Source: Rhina ancylostomus (taxonomy: Eukaryota). From it: a DNA stretch of 64,000 bases. Below the pieces are notes generated by a model. The model was not told the origin of the DNA and did no database searches. It worked only from the letters and a program-made list of their open reading frames with translations. A program made the position numbers and the translations under genes. Location: NCBI GenBank assembly GCA_030265395.1, contig JARFYF010000074.1, forward strand, positions 72,865,793-72,929,792. Reading direction: 5' to 3'. Of the stretch, positions 1 to 13,519 are shown piece by piece (within the stretch, counting starts at the first letter, position 1; the number at the start of each line of letters is the position of its first letter).

Positions 1-689
1 GATTGTTGAAGAATTTTCGGGGGGGGGGGGTGGGGTGGAAGAACCTTCTTATTTCTGAACATGGCCGGGTTCATTAAACCCACTGGCACGTGTTTCTCTA
101 GGATGGTTGGGATTTGAAGTGTAAATATTCATTACAGCGTTAAGTAATTTTCAGAAAAGTATGAAGGGATTTTAAGACCAGTTGTGGAGATTTAGTTTGT
201 AATATTTCCATTTGTGGCATCCTGAAGTACAGTATGGGACAACTTTTGCACTGTGATTACAAAGGCACAATAAAATTTAACATTTTTCAAATATGGCTTT
301 GAATTCCTGATTACAGGGGTGACCCTGAGAAAGGTATTAAGGCATGTAGTGTAAATTCCAAATGTCTTTGAATGTGGCGTTTTATAATGTGGGTAGACAT
401 CATTATTGTCAATATGCTGCTTAGATATATTCTATCATGTATGTAGGAAGTTTAAAATGGTGTTCATGTCAATAATGTTCAGTTTAAAATCAGTTTTTAT
501 ATACAGTGTTCACCAGTAAGCCAGAGCTTGTATTAAGTGACTATTAAATACATTTTCAAACATTCATAAATAAGAACATAGATGAAAATAAAGCTAAATT
601 GATACAATTTGAGTCAGGTGATTAAATTGTTTCTTCATAGGTTTCTTTAGCAAATGTGAAATAGTTTTCATGCATATGACCATTCATCA

Positions 690-1045
690 AGCATGTGACT
701 TGGGAGCAGGAGTAGGCTATTCATTTTTTCTGGCCTGTTCCCCTATTTCAAGAAGGCTTGATTTTAATCTCAACTCCATGTTCCTGCCTAACCCTCATAA
801 ACTTTCATCCCTTTACTTATTCAAAGCTATCTAATCCCTGTCTTGAAAATATTCAAAAATTTCCACCATTCTGAGAGAGAGAGAATGTTCCAAAGATTCA
901 GAACCCTCAGAGGAAGAAGTATACCACATCAGTTTTTTAAGTGTGGCCCCTTATTTTTAACAGTGATCTCTAGTTCTGGATTTTCTTCTAAGAGGAAACA
1001 CCTTTGCATGTTCACCCTGTCAAAATTTTTCAGGATCTTGTTATT
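690..1045 (-). mobile_element. Old CR1 LINE 3' fragment
   Basis: ggagcaggagtaggc...ctcaactccat...ttccaaagattcagaaccctc...gaggaaac resembles the reverse complement of a chondrichthyan CR1 tail; limits approximate. Confidence 0.7.
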
Positions 1046-1353
1046 ATAGCTTTAGGACTTCTTGGGACTCTTGGATGTTGATTACAGATTAGATTGAGTT
1101 TGGATGTGTTTTTCTTACCAGTTGAACACCCTGCTACACTATTTAATCTCCAGATAAGGAAATAAAAAAGTGACATAAGCAAGGTGTGCAACCAAGTATA
1201 AAATAATTAACAAGGAGGATGGAAGAAAATGAGGTTGGAAATGCCATAGATAGTTTTCTCTGTAGCAGTAAGCATTAGAGGTATTTGAGCCATTTGAATG
1301 TAAATAAGGAAATATTTTCAAATCTATTTTAATTTTCTCTCCTTCCCATGCAG

Positions 1354-1478
1354 GAGCCGCTTGCTAGCTCGGAGCCTCTTTTAGGCAGGAGCACAGGACA
1401 GTCAGGTCTGAGGACCCCGTCACGAATTCTGTCGATGTCACTGCACACGTGTCCAACAGAAGGTGCACTTGCAGCAAG
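1354..1478 (+). CDS. KLHL15: Probable upstream exon of KLHL15 (5' UTR and/or N-terminal extension)
   Basis: Pyrimidine tract ttttctctccttcccatgcag ends at 1353 and the donor is AAG|GTGAGA at 1478/1479. The exon is GC/CpG-richer than its flanks. It is stop-free in the frame that joins 8064 (AG|G GTA TTA ATG), with an internal ATG at 1435. Confidence 0.6.
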
Positions 1479-2439
1479 GTGAGATGGCTATGCTGGGTAT
1501 TTCCTCTGAATGAGAATGATGTGCCTTACTAGCAGCCCAGGCAAGAACTGATAGTTATTTACTCCTTGTTTCTGGGACAGCTGGGAACCATGGCTCTGAC
1601 GTGTATGCTGTTGCCTTGCTCCTTCCTCTTAGGTGGTCCCTTGAGACTGAGGGTGACTTGCTTCTCAGCTCCCAATGGTTAATGTGAGACAATAGAAAAT
1701 CAAGTAACCACAAATAACATTTACTCATTAAGCATGCAAATGATTCAGTGTATGTGCTATTTTTGTGCATCAGATGTTGGTGATGTATATAATTTTTCTT
1801 AATGGTCTTTCAACTTTCTGACCTATTTTGAGATCTGTCTGCTGATTTGGAGGTTAAAGTTTATAAATATATTTGTTGTGCTCCTAAGGCAGCCTGGTAG
1901 AGATTATATCCTACTGTATAAGGAAATCTAGCTGCTTCTATTTTTCTCATTTGCCACTTCGTTAATGTGCCATTGAACTATTTGAAAGCATCAATGTGAA
2001 AGCAGCTTGTGTATGTTTTTTTTCTACAATAAAATGTGGTCCAGGATGGAGCAATGGCTAACACAAAAATGAGAATGAATGAATTGTTCTTAGCATCTTG
2101 GAGACAACATAGCCTTCATGCTTGTGGTGGGATGGTATACATACTTCATAGGCATGAATAATTTGGATAATGCTGAAAGTTGCTTGATTCCAAATTGTGC
2201 AAAATCTGCAAAAGAATACAAAATGTTATGCAAGTAAGCTGGTTAACAAGTAGAGTTAATTTTATTTAGTAAATATAACTCGTAGGCAAATATGAATTAG
2301 AAAGAAATGGTACTAAAAGTAGTAAAATTTGCAATAAACGGACCAGGAGAGGTCCGTTCCTGGTGGCCTGTACATCTGAAAATAGGATGGGAAAAATCAG
2401 AGGGTGTCATGGATTCTGCTTTTGAACAATGGGAAGTTG

Positions 2440-2955
2440 AATTTGGTCTTCATTGGAAGAGAACTGTATAGGGCTTTTGGTGAGACCACATTTGCAGGAA
2501 TTGTACAGTTTTGGTCTCTATTAAAGGAAAGATGTACTTGCCTTGGAGATGATGCAGATAGTTCAGTAGATTGATTACTTGAGTGAAAGATTTGTTTTAT
2601 GAGAAAGATGAGCAGACTAAGCTGATATTGTGAGAGTTTAGAAGAACGAAACATAAAGATTATGAGGGATCTTGACGAGGGAGACATTGAGAGGATGTTT
2701 CACTTGGCGGAAGGATCTGGAATGGGGGGTGGATACACTCTCAGGATGAAGGGACATCCATTTAAGATATGGTGAAGAAATTCAAAGATGATTGTGAGGT
2801 ATCAAATATGTTCCAAGCTGAAAGATTTTTGGGCTGTAGGGGAACTAAGGATTATGAAGAACAGGGAGTGGAGTTGAGAACAACAGTTAGATTAGCCATG
2901 ATCTAATTGAATGGTGAAGCTGACTGGAGGGGTCATGAGGCCTTGTATTTCTATT
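2440..2955 (+). mobile_element. Old CR1 LINE 3' fragment
   Basis: Decayed ORF2 end (ggtgagaccacattt...tgtacagttttggtc) and tail agccatgatctaattgaatggtg. Confidence 0.75.
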
Positions 2956-5900
2956 TTTTGAATTTTTCTACTACTAAAGCAAGATACTAAATTGACAAGG
3001 CATGATTAGAAAGAGTATTGGGCAGATAGTTCTGAGCAAACAGCTATTGAAGCCATAGAAAGTACCAAATATCATTTCAAAGGGATGATGGTAGTGTGTA
3101 GTTATGATTAAAATGAGATCTTATGCTCTGGAGAAGAGGCTAAGGGGGAACCTAGTTACAGTGCTAAGAGAAGTTTCATTGGATGTATTGTGAAAATTTA
3201 AACAGTCTTGTGAATAAGGTGAGCAAACCTTCTGGTTACACTGGAACCTTGGGAAGGCAAGAAGATGCTTAGATTGAATAGTGTATTAAGTGCCTATTGA
3301 GACTAAGTTAACTCATTATATTTCACAAGGATTAAATACTTCAAAAAAATTATGAAGTACTCTCAAAAATCATGAAAACTAGAATTAGGATCTATACTGA
3401 TGTGGATCTGACAGTGTAGTTGCAGTAATCCAAATGGTCACTTTTGTGCAAAATATTTATGCATCCGGTGGTTACTGTGCTTTGCTAAGCTCCAAAGTCA
3501 GTGACTTGGTGAAAGCTAAAGAGATCAATTTCATCTTTAAACATCTTTATTGAATGCATTTACGGTTGGATCATAAGCTGCATATTTTTTAATCTTGTGT
3601 TCTGTATTGCTAACTTTGATAATTGGTAATCAATGCAGCACTGTTTGTTTAAGATGATGAAATAGTCACTTAATATACCCCAAAAGGTGCAACAATAGTT
3701 TTCTATGTGTAGTGACCCACACATTATTTCCTTTCCGGGTTGGAACAGAGAACCATAAGTTGTTTTCATAACTGCTGAAACAGCAGTTGTGAGATCAACA
3801 AAGACGACACCCATTTCAAGGAGACTGAGTTCAGAAACTGATAAATTTCAACTGTGATTCATTTTGAAAACAATTCCTTCTCTAGAGCAACTAAAACAGC
3901 AGGATAGGTTTGGAGATTGGGCTGCAGTTTTGAATTGTGCTGCTTGTTTTGCAATATGATTAATGGAATAAACTTTGTAGTAGTATTCAGGAGTTATATA
4001 TGTAAAAGTTAATGGTTTTTGGCCTTATTAGACAGCAGAAAGACCACTTTGTTTCCATGGATGAAAGAATGCATGGCAAAGTATTTGCTCTTTTTGTTGA
4101 ATTGTCACTCCCAATCATCCTCACTCCAGGAGTGGTTCTGGGTGAAGAAGATGAGAATCCCCAGAAGTAAGCAATACAGGTGTTTGAATTATAGTTTGCA
4201 TTCATACAGTTCTTTGTTGCTAATGTCTGACTATCAACAGATGATAGAGGTCAGAGATTAGACTGGTTGATTTTGAAAAGGATTGCCTTTTTAGTAAAAA
4301 GAAGAGAGGCTTTTAGTAAAATTAGGATCATGGTAAATGCAGACACTGCCACCCTGCAGCACTGGCAAGGGTTGACTCAAAATTGCAGGTAGCCCTTCTG
4401 GTTGTGAAAGACTTAGGGAAAATGTATACTTGGAGTTGGTTGGCAGTATGTTAGTTCAGTGTTACGGGATTTAATCTAAGAAATCAACTCCTAGTGTGCT
4501 TTGGCTTGCTTCTGTTTGTAAGAAAGCATAATTAATGTACTACCTTGAGGAAATAGTGTACCTGGTAGGAAAAATTAATGCTGAGATCTATATACAGCTA
4601 AATGATGCTTTTAAGTAAAGCATGAATTTTTAGCAATTTTGGATGGGGGAAGCCTGCCATAAGTTTACATCAGACAGTTGGGCCAGCAGTTATTTTACAT
4701 TGACAGAGTAAGTGCTGGAGAGTATGAGAATACTGTGGCTTCCCTTTTGAACATCTTTAAATGTCACTGAATGCAGACCACAGGAATGAAAGCACCTTGA
4801 AGTAATGCATAACATTCCTCTGCAATTGAAGCCTCGTGTTGGCAATAGAGTAGGACAATATTTAAGGTTTCTTTTAGGAACGTACTTGAAAAATGGTCAT
4901 GTGGGCAAGACACTGCTGATCTCTGTACTAGAAAGAATAATTAGTCTGTATGATTTCACTGCACTTTAATGCACAAGAAGTTATATCCCCTTTTGTTAGC
5001 TTACTACTTTTGAGGTGTAGTTACAAGGTGCAAAACATTGAAGACTTTATTCATCTAAACCATGTTTGTTGTACAGCACTACATATTTCTGGAATTTCTG
5101 TATACCACCAGTCAATTTGATGTGTTGTGCCTGTCTGCTTTTGCTTGGATCTTATTCTAGTTTATTCCCCTCTCATTGCTGCAAACCCAAAAGCCTTATT
5201 CTTTTTACTCTAGGCCTCTGTGCATCTTTCTCAGTCCCTCCCCACATTAATACTGAACCACTGTGTTTTGAAGTTATCTTGTCATCTCTTCCACCACATT
5301 TCAAAATAGCAAGACCTATCTCCTTGACCATGTTTTCAGTTTGCCTCATCCTTACCACTGAAAGTTCTTGCCCAGATTGGTAGCAGCTTTCGGTGCCTAA
5401 ATTTAAAGTGTCTCGGAACTTTCTTTGCTTTAAACTACAGTTGCAAGCTGTTGTAAAATGGAGATTGTAGCACTGTAGCATGGTGCTTTCATACTCATGG
5501 GCAAATGAAAATTGATGTGCTGAATAGTTAGATTCCAACTTTAATGACTATAAAAGTTCACTTTCCTTTACAGAAAATGCCTTGTTTATTACTGTTAAAC
5601 CATTGCCTTAATTTTTTGTGAATAAGCAGCAATGAAAGTCTACACCCCCTTTAAGAAAGCAAAGATGGAAAATGCAATGAAGATAATTTCTTGGAAAATG
5701 AATGGATGGAAGTTGAGGTCAATTCATTTGTCTAATGTTGCTAGCCGAAAGCACTGCTTGTTGTTTGTTGTGGCTTGCTTAGCATTTCAACTGCTTAATA
5801 ATTAAAATTGCAGCGAATTTGCTATGAAGCAGTGTTTATTGGTTGTCATAGTTTAAGATCAAACTGGCTTTTTTCTGGCTATTGGTAAATTGCAATCTTT

Positions 5901-8070
5901 ATTTTTTTATTCCCATTGCCCCCTCCCAATGAATTTGACCACTGATATTCGAGTTTAAAACTGGAAAATTAATGAAATACCAAAAGATAAAATATTCTTT
6001 ATACATTTAGCAGCTTCCTAAGTCATAGATTTGGGTACAGGGCTTAAAATGCTAGAGTAGTTCCATAGCTTTCTTCAACTGAACCATATACCTGTGCCTG
6101 GCAAATGGAATTAATTAAATCAAAAATTGCAGGTGCCTTTATGAAAGTCCTCTTATTTCTTAAAATAATAGCCGGAGTACATGGTTTCCTGTAGGATCAG
6201 TTAAATAATTGAGAAACCTGTGTCAAGCTTCTTAAAAGTGGATTAAGTTAAACTGGAATGACTGGCCAGAATCCACCTGGCTTTAAGATAAGCCTGTGAT
6301 TTGTTATTGGGTCCCTTTCTTTGTGCTGGTAAGTTTGCTGATCTTATTTGAGATTTTGCTGAAACTCTGTAATTTGGCTCAGCCGGCTCATTAGCACTCT
6401 TTAGCAGCTGTTTTGGAATTGTGCAGGTGTTGGCACTGGATGAAATTTGGATTTATTTAACTGCAGTGGTTCATGACTGAATAGCCTGCAATATGGATAC
6501 TGATGCTCATACATGAACAATAATCCTTTAGAAGAGGAGACACAGGATGACCTCGGAACATAGCCCTCAAGCCGATGTTGAAGAAAGAAAGCAGCATCTT
6601 ATTATGTTTGATATGAAATTGCTGAATGATGCGTTTTGATGCATGTGGGAAGGGTAAGGGGCTGGCATCTGCCAGAGAGAAGGGACAAGGCCATTGAGGT
6701 CCTCCCAAACTTAGTGGCAGGTCACTATTATTGCTTTTTATGCCACCTGCTGGTGGGCCTGATTGGGAAGGTGGGCCAAAAATCCAACAGTAAAAACTCT
6801 CAACCAAAGGGATTCCACAACAATCTGAAAGAACTGAGGCAGCATGGACCTTCCAGTAGGTGTACTGATAAGACCAGAGAAGCAAACATCTGCTGGATCG
6901 GGGTGCTGCACGTAGCTTGTGATGTGCGAAGCCTTGGGAAATCTCTTCTGCCAGTGTTAGATTTAAATGGTTGCTAAAATCTGAGGAACTGAGCTGTGAT
7001 AACATTGTGATGTTGTTCCATTTATTTCTTTAGCGGAAGTTACTCGGATGCCCCCAGACTAGCTGCAGTTAAACGGAGTAAATTGTTGAGCTTGAATAAT
7101 GTCCATTTACCTTTTTAATTTTCTGATCCTCTCCCATTCTGATGTGGGGCCTTTAAGATTTCAACACCCTTGAATCTCTTTTAGAAGACAGCAGTGGGGA
7201 TTTCAAGTGAGCAGACCTATTTCGGTCATCTGATGAATCCTGAAGGAGCAGTTAAATAGTTTATAACCTCTGGTATCATTCAGGATATTTCTGTGTTGAA
7301 CCACCCCTTTGGCATCTGTCCTGTAATTACATTTCAGTATATCATTGAAAGGTGCGTGTCACATATCCTGGGCTGAAATATCACTGATTTCAACAGGTAG
7401 GTCTTATTATCACCTGGCTCGTAATCTGGTGAGTAGATTGGCCGCTTACCTGATCTTCATTCTAGTTATGTTGTGATTGATTTGAATAGAGTAAACAAAA
7501 ATCATTTGGGTGAAGAAATCTTCCAATTCATTGTCCAGGTGCTGAAATTGTGATCCCTGTAGACGTACTGACAGTGATCACTGCGTATATTGATACTGAG
7601 CCATTTGAATGCAAACTGATCATGAGTTAGTACTGAAATAAGCCATATATGAGTAAATGACAACGATAGCAAGTACTTTAGATGCAAACTGATGATAATA
7701 ATGAGCACTGTAGATGTAAATTGACAACATTGCTACTCTATTGAATTTATTTTGGTGTTAGATAATCCAATTAGTTGCTAACGTTAAGCCTATGAGAATT
7801 GTGTGGTTTTTGTTTAAAAGCATTTCCTAATTTAACTGAATACTTTAATCTGGTTCAGAATTATTTATGTAAAATTCCCAAAATGTAACCACTAACTTGA
7901 ATATTATGCTACTCCAGAAGTTTTAACCATACTATGATTAATATTAATGTTGTTCGAAAAAAGTGTGGTCACTGGGGAGAGCCAATAATTCTATAGATTT
8001 TTTTTTAAAGTGTGTTCATTTTATCTTGATGCATATTAAGATTCAATATTTCGTCTGTTTCAGGGTATTA

Positions 8071-8775
8071 ATGGCTGGAAACGTGGATGTGTACAACTCT
8101 TCTGTTCATGACTCCTGCGTCTCTTCAGGGTTTAAAACCCTGTACGAGGAGGGATTATTATTTGATGTCACCCTAGTTATTGAGGATCACCAATTTCAGG
8201 CTCACAAGGCACTATTGGCTACGCAGAGTGACTACTTTCGAATAATGTTCACAGCTGACATGAGGGAGAGGGACCAGAACAAGATTCACCTTAAAGGACT
8301 CACTCCAACAGGCTTTAGTCATGTTCTTCAATTTATGTATTATGGCTCCATTGAACTGAACATGAGCACTGTCCATGAGATCCTACAGGCAGCCATGTAT
8401 GTCCAGTTAACTGAGGTGGTGAAATTCTGCTGTTCTTTCCTGTTGTCAAAAATCTGCTTGGACAACTGTGCAGAAATCATGCGACTTTTAGATGATTTCA
8501 GTGTTAATATAGACGGTATCCAAGAACAACTGGACAAGTTCCTACTAGAGAACTTCGTACCACTCATGTCCCGAGCTGATTTTCTGTCCTACTTGAGTGT
8601 TGAAAAGCTTTTGACATGTTTGGAAAATGATCAGCTGAGCAGATTCCCAGAGATTGAGCTGTTTGAGGCTGCACAGGCCTGGCTGCGACATGACAGAAGC
8701 CGTTGGAGGCACACAGATGCCATTGTTCAGAATGTCAGGTTTTGTCTGATGAATACAACAAACGTTTTGGAAAAG
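8071..8775 (+). CDS. KLHL15: Kelch-like protein 15, BTB + BACK exon (235 aa; exon begins 8064)
   Basis: Translation MAGNVDVYNSSVHDSCVSSGFKTLYEEGLLFDVTLVIEDHQFQAHKALLATQSDYFRIMFTADMRERDQ...NVRFCLMNTTNVLEK closely matches vertebrate KLHL15 as recalled. Acceptor tttcag ends at 8063; donor is AAG|GTTAGT at 8775. Confidence 0.95.
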
Positions 8776-11244
8776 GTTAGTATGTTTGAAAGCAGTAACC
8801 AAGTCACAGCACTTAGGCTAGACCATTGTGTGCTGTGAGGAAATCTTCAGTCAGGATCCATTTACTCTTTGCTTTAGCTAGCTGATTTATTATAATTAGC
8901 AATTACTCTTTGCATTCTTTCACTTTTTAGCTAGTGTTGATTATGAAGGATTCTGATGTCACATGGTGAGAGAATGTCAAAAAAAATTCATCATGTACTA
9001 TGATTTAAATAATTTTTTTCAGAAGAATATGGATCAAGTGCTTTGGGTCCAGCATTTTATAACATTGATTTCTGGTTAGTGTTCTTGGAGACGGAGAGAG
9101 GCTTTTGAATGATAGTGAGAATTTTTATATTAACTTTTTTTAAAGTAAATGCTCAGCTTTAATTTTTTTTCAAGCTAGAGGGATTCCCCTTTCTGACTCA
9201 TTCTTGGTTGTGAATGACAGTACAGACACCTAGGATTCTTGAGATGTGGATTCTAGCAAGCCTTTTGGCCACTGGTGCTTTGATATTTTCATCACTTGGA
9301 ACTGGGTTTGAACCAGGGTGGGTGTTTATCACCCACACTTAGAAATATTATAAGATAGTATAATGTAGTGGCAAGGACAAATAAACAATGTTGTATTAAG
9401 AGTCAAAGAATTACTTAACCTGATTAATGATAAAAGCATGAAATCTATGTACAAGTAGGCTCTTCCTTGGCTTTGGTTGGCTATCTAGATTTGATGGTTT
9501 ACTGGTATTTATTAAAATTTTTCTGAAACCAGTTGAACTAGAATTATTTATCTAACTTTTCAAAAAACAACATTGCTCTCCAGCAGTCATTTAATCTTTA
9601 TTCTTCTGCAGTTTGGTGATGGTCCTGTTGTGTTTTCTTGTGGTGCACCTCTGGGAAGTGGGCTCATGTACATTTGTTTCCTTATTTAAACTCAAATAAA
9701 AAGAGAGTCCTTGTCACCATTTTGGAATTTGGACAAGAACTTTTCCCTAGCACATCTGCTTGGAGACTGTCCAGGTTGTTTAGAATTAGGAGCCTGTCAG
9801 CAAATTGTGCAGAAACTGCTGCATTTGTGTTTATCATAACCTTGTGAATTCAGAAGAAAAAAAATGAATCAAAGTGCTCAAAGTTTTGAACTTAGGCTGG
9901 TCTTCACAAGATTTGTTCCTCAGAGGAAAATGCACCTTGCACTTGAGTGCATTCAAGTCTCTGCACACGCAATTTAATACAATTCCATCGTCCCAACAAA
10001 ATACAGTTGACTATAACATCTGCAAATGTAAATTCAGCTAGGAAGTACAATAGAGTTCACTTAGTTTTCTTTTGTCCCAGATGATGGATTCTTGCAACTA
10101 AGTGGACAGGTGTACAAGATTTGTTGTGAAGCTGCCTGCTAGGAGATTTGAAGGATTAGTTTGTTGAATGTTTGTCTTCTGCCTTTCTTTACCCTCTTTG
10201 AATTATCAGCAGTGTGAGATAGAGGGAGGGAAAAAGGCCCACGCTTGCCCTTCCTTCCACTGCCCACCCCCATACTCTTCCATTAGCACCTAAAGTTGTG
10301 CACCACAAGCAGTTGATCAGTTTTAACGATCCAGTCCAATGCAAAGTTTTCTGTTCTTCAAAGGAAACCATTTGATATACAAATTTTATAGTACCTTGTG
10401 CCAACCTTTTTCAAGCCAACTTTTTTCAAACCTTTATCACCCATGGTCAGATTCAGAGTCTGTAGTGCAAACAAGATGACTTATGCGGCTCAAGTGATTT
10501 ACTGAGAGGTTTTTTTTTTGGCTAAACATCTAGTTGTACTAAATTGATGTGTGTAACACAAGGCTCAGTTTGGTGCTTTAGTGTTACATTTTCATGGTGC
10601 TGTTCAATAATGTCTTGTCCCCACAGACCCTGATCTGTGATAAGAACTTCCGTAGCCATGATACACATTTGGTATCAAACACTGAACAGTATTCACAGTG
10701 ACTGCTTGTCTTCAGAGAGTAGGTTCTGCTATATATTTGCTCATTCTGACCAAAACCAATGGAGACTGATTGGATAAGAGCCAGAATTTCCTCAGGCAAA
10801 AGAGACTTGAGCTTAAGATGATTCCACTGTAGTTAACAATGGGTGCTACAAGTTACAGTTGCTGTTTTTGCAAGTTCTGATTTGGTGAGGTGAAGGAAGA
10901 AGAATTACTGTGCTCGTATTAGTGACTGTAATTGTCATCCATCTTGTATGTGAAAATGTACACTTGTGATATTGATATAATTACAGAAACTTTCTTGAGC
11001 AAAATAGATGTTTTATGGTTTTTGTTTGGTGTTATTGTTTGATGGGGGGTGGGAAGGGACAGGACACACACTTTTACTCTAATACAGCTCACCTTTTGCA
11101 GTAACACACCAGCCGTGTGGCGTGGACTGATACTTCCAGCACACNNNNNNNNNNNNNNNNNNNNNNNNNNNNNNNNNNNNNNNNNNNNNNNNNNNNNNNN
11201 NNNNNNNNNNNNNNNNNNNNNNNNNNNNNNNNNNNNNNNNNNNN

Positions 11245-11502
11245 GATTGGAGAAAGGTATGGGGGGGGGGGGAGATATCAGAGGCAATTTATCTATTTAT
11301 TTATTTTTACACAGGGAGTGGTGGATGTGTGGAATGCAGTGCTTGCAGAGGTTGTGGAGGCAGATACATTAGGGGCATTTAAGAGACTCTTAGATAGCCA
11401 CATGAATGATAGAAAAATGGAGGGCTATGTGGGAGGGAAGGTAAGAGCAGGATAAAATGTCGGTACAACATCATGGGCCAAAGGGCCTATACTGTGTTGT
11501 AA
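11245..11502 (+). mobile_element. CR1 LINE 3' end abutting gap
   Basis: Encodes FTQGVVDVWNAVLAEVVEADTLGAFKRLLDSHM (CR1 ORF2 C-terminus); tail catcatgggccaaagggcctatactgtg. Confidence 0.85.
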
Positions 11503-12491
11503 TCTTCCAAATTTGCAGGAAGAGGACATCTCACAAAGTGGTCTATTTGTTAGATTTTCCTATTGCACTTCAGCTTAAAAAAATTTACCATCACAAATTA
11601 CTGGAAATGATAGTTAAAAATGGCTAGGTGGCATAAGGGACATTGGTAAACCATGGTACCAACAACCTGTTTCTTTAACCAATGAAAATAAATGATAGAG
11701 AATGGAAACAGGAGCAGAGACACAAAAAGTACCAATAAGAACTAAATCCAGTGTGTGTTTTTTTTAAAGAAAAAAAGGAATAATTAGATGGAGAAAAAGA
11801 AGAAAGTCATGAAAAGAAAAGGTATTATTAAATTTTCTAATAGTTTTCCTCCTGCCAAATCACATTTGTTTAGTTTATGGGCCATAAGCAGTGAATGGCA
11901 CAGTAGGTACATTAATACAATCATTAGAAGGATTCATGTGTCATTAAATATCATCACTACAAGTTTTTGCAAGAAGTTTAATTCATTTTAATAATGCCAA
12001 TGTAGCAATTTCACCAAAACTCAAGGACATGACAATAAGCTCCAGTTTTTGGGAGGGTAACAGTGCAGTGGCATAAATTGTTTACCAATTTTCAGTTCCT
12101 CCTTCCTCCATCACAATTTGCTGAGTTACTTGCATACTAATAACAGTGTGTGGATTAAACTGGCTGCTCTTTTCCAGAAAATTCTCTCTCAATATATTCA
12201 TTATTTATTTGTAAATAAAATGCAAGCTGTAAGAATGATCAGAGGGCACAATGATTTGTGCAAACTGTGTAATATAATTGGCTATGGGTTTGAGGAAGAA
12301 AGGCATAATGCCATAGTCCATAAATCTTAATTTATTTGGAACTTTCTTCAATCATAAGAGGATTTCTTTTGCTATTTATTTTTCTCCCCTCCCCCTGAAT
12401 CAATTACTTGATTGACCATGAGAAGTATCTCCTTGTTGTGCTGCTGAGGTAGCATGTGCCAAAGCTGAATCTTATCTGGAAGTTTAACTTC

Positions 12492-12886
12492 AGAAACTTA
12501 GAAAACTTACAGCACAATACAGGCCCTTCAGCCCACAAAGTTGTGCTGAACATGTCCCTAACTTAGAAATTACTAGGCATCCATAGCCCCCTATTTTTCT
12601 AAACTCAATGTACCTATCCAAAGTCTCTTAAACAACCAAATCGTATTCGACCCCACCACCGTTGCCTGCAGCCCATTCCACGCACTCACCACTCTGAGTA
12701 AAAAAAACTTACCCCTGACATCTCCTCTGTGGCTACTCCCCAGCACCTTAAACCTGCGACCTGTTGTGGCAACCATTTCAGCCCTAAGAAAAAGCCTCTG
12801 ACTATCCACGTGATCAATGCCTCTTATCTTATACACCTATATCAGGTCACCTCTCATCCTCCGTCACTCTAAGGAGAAAAGGCCAA
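12492..12886 (-). mobile_element. Young CR1 LINE 3' end running into gap
   Basis: ORF 12591..12836 (YKIRGIDHVDSQRLF...RVVSAWNGL) is CR1 ORF2 C-terminus; tail acagcacaatacaggcccttcagcccac. Confidence 0.9.
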
Positions 12887-13187
12887 NNNNNNNNNNNNNN
12901 NNNNNNNNNNNNNNNNNNNNNNNNNNNNNNNNNNNNNNNNNNNNNNNNNNNNNNNNNNNNNNNNNNNNNNNNNNNNNNNNNNNNNNGCACCCCAGTTGTT
13001 CATTCGACTCTTGGACTCCAAACAAGTGTCTCGTGTCTTTATTCAGTGTAGCTAGCCGCTACATGCTAACATTTCTGGTATCATTCTTGTAAACAGATGT
13101 CAAACATTAAGGAGAAAAGCATTTTTATGCCATATGCCACAAATGTTAAGGAAGTAAAGTATTTATATACAAGCCACATGATTTTAC

Positions 13188-13332
13188 CTCTTTGTTTTTA
13201 TCCAAGCCATAAATCTTTCTCATTTTGGAAACCTTCATTCTTGCTTTGTAAGAACGACGTTGTGACTCCTTTCCTGCTTTTAACAATTTTGAGGCTCGAC
13301 GTGGAGGGGTGTCTGTGGCTGGAGAAGCTGAC
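13188..13332 (-). CDS. CXorf58: CXorf58 homologue exon (SASPATDTPP...QRRSYKARMKVSKMRKIYGLDKNKE)
   Basis: Matches human GRRSKQAQMKVEKMRKVY; 145 nt, phase 2 to 0; GAG|GTAAAA donor. No downstream terminal exon found. Confidence 0.85.
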
Positions 13333-13519
13333 CTTGAAAATTAAGCAAATCGTTTGTCTCATTAATAAGTAATTATATGCTGGATTGAGGGGTGGTTGCC
13401 AGGTTGTGGTCAGAGTTGTTAGCTGGTGTGTTGTAGAATTTCCACCCTCCAATTCTTTCTGCTTGTGGTGACTGAATTAAGCATTCTGTTAGCTATACCA
13501 TAATCATTCTGAGAAATGG

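Noticed and set aside
19-38. G-run with G-quadruplex potential
   Set aside because: An isolated homopolymer-like tract; similar G/C runs occur elsewhere in repeats and at gap edges.
6457-7005. 182-aa minus-strand ORF and overlapping 113-aa plus-strand ORF
   Set aside because: No recognisable domain or exon-like splice architecture; lies in a KLHL15 intron.
7034-7077. Possible cassette exon in the KLHL15 intron after ttatttctttag
   Set aside because: The donor (GA|GTAAAT) is weak and there is no independent support.
7963-8070. N-terminal part of the 291-aa ORF (and its tail 8776-8838)
   Set aside because: It is intronic sequence outside the splice sites at 8063 and 8776, apart from the 7 exonic nt at 8064-8070.
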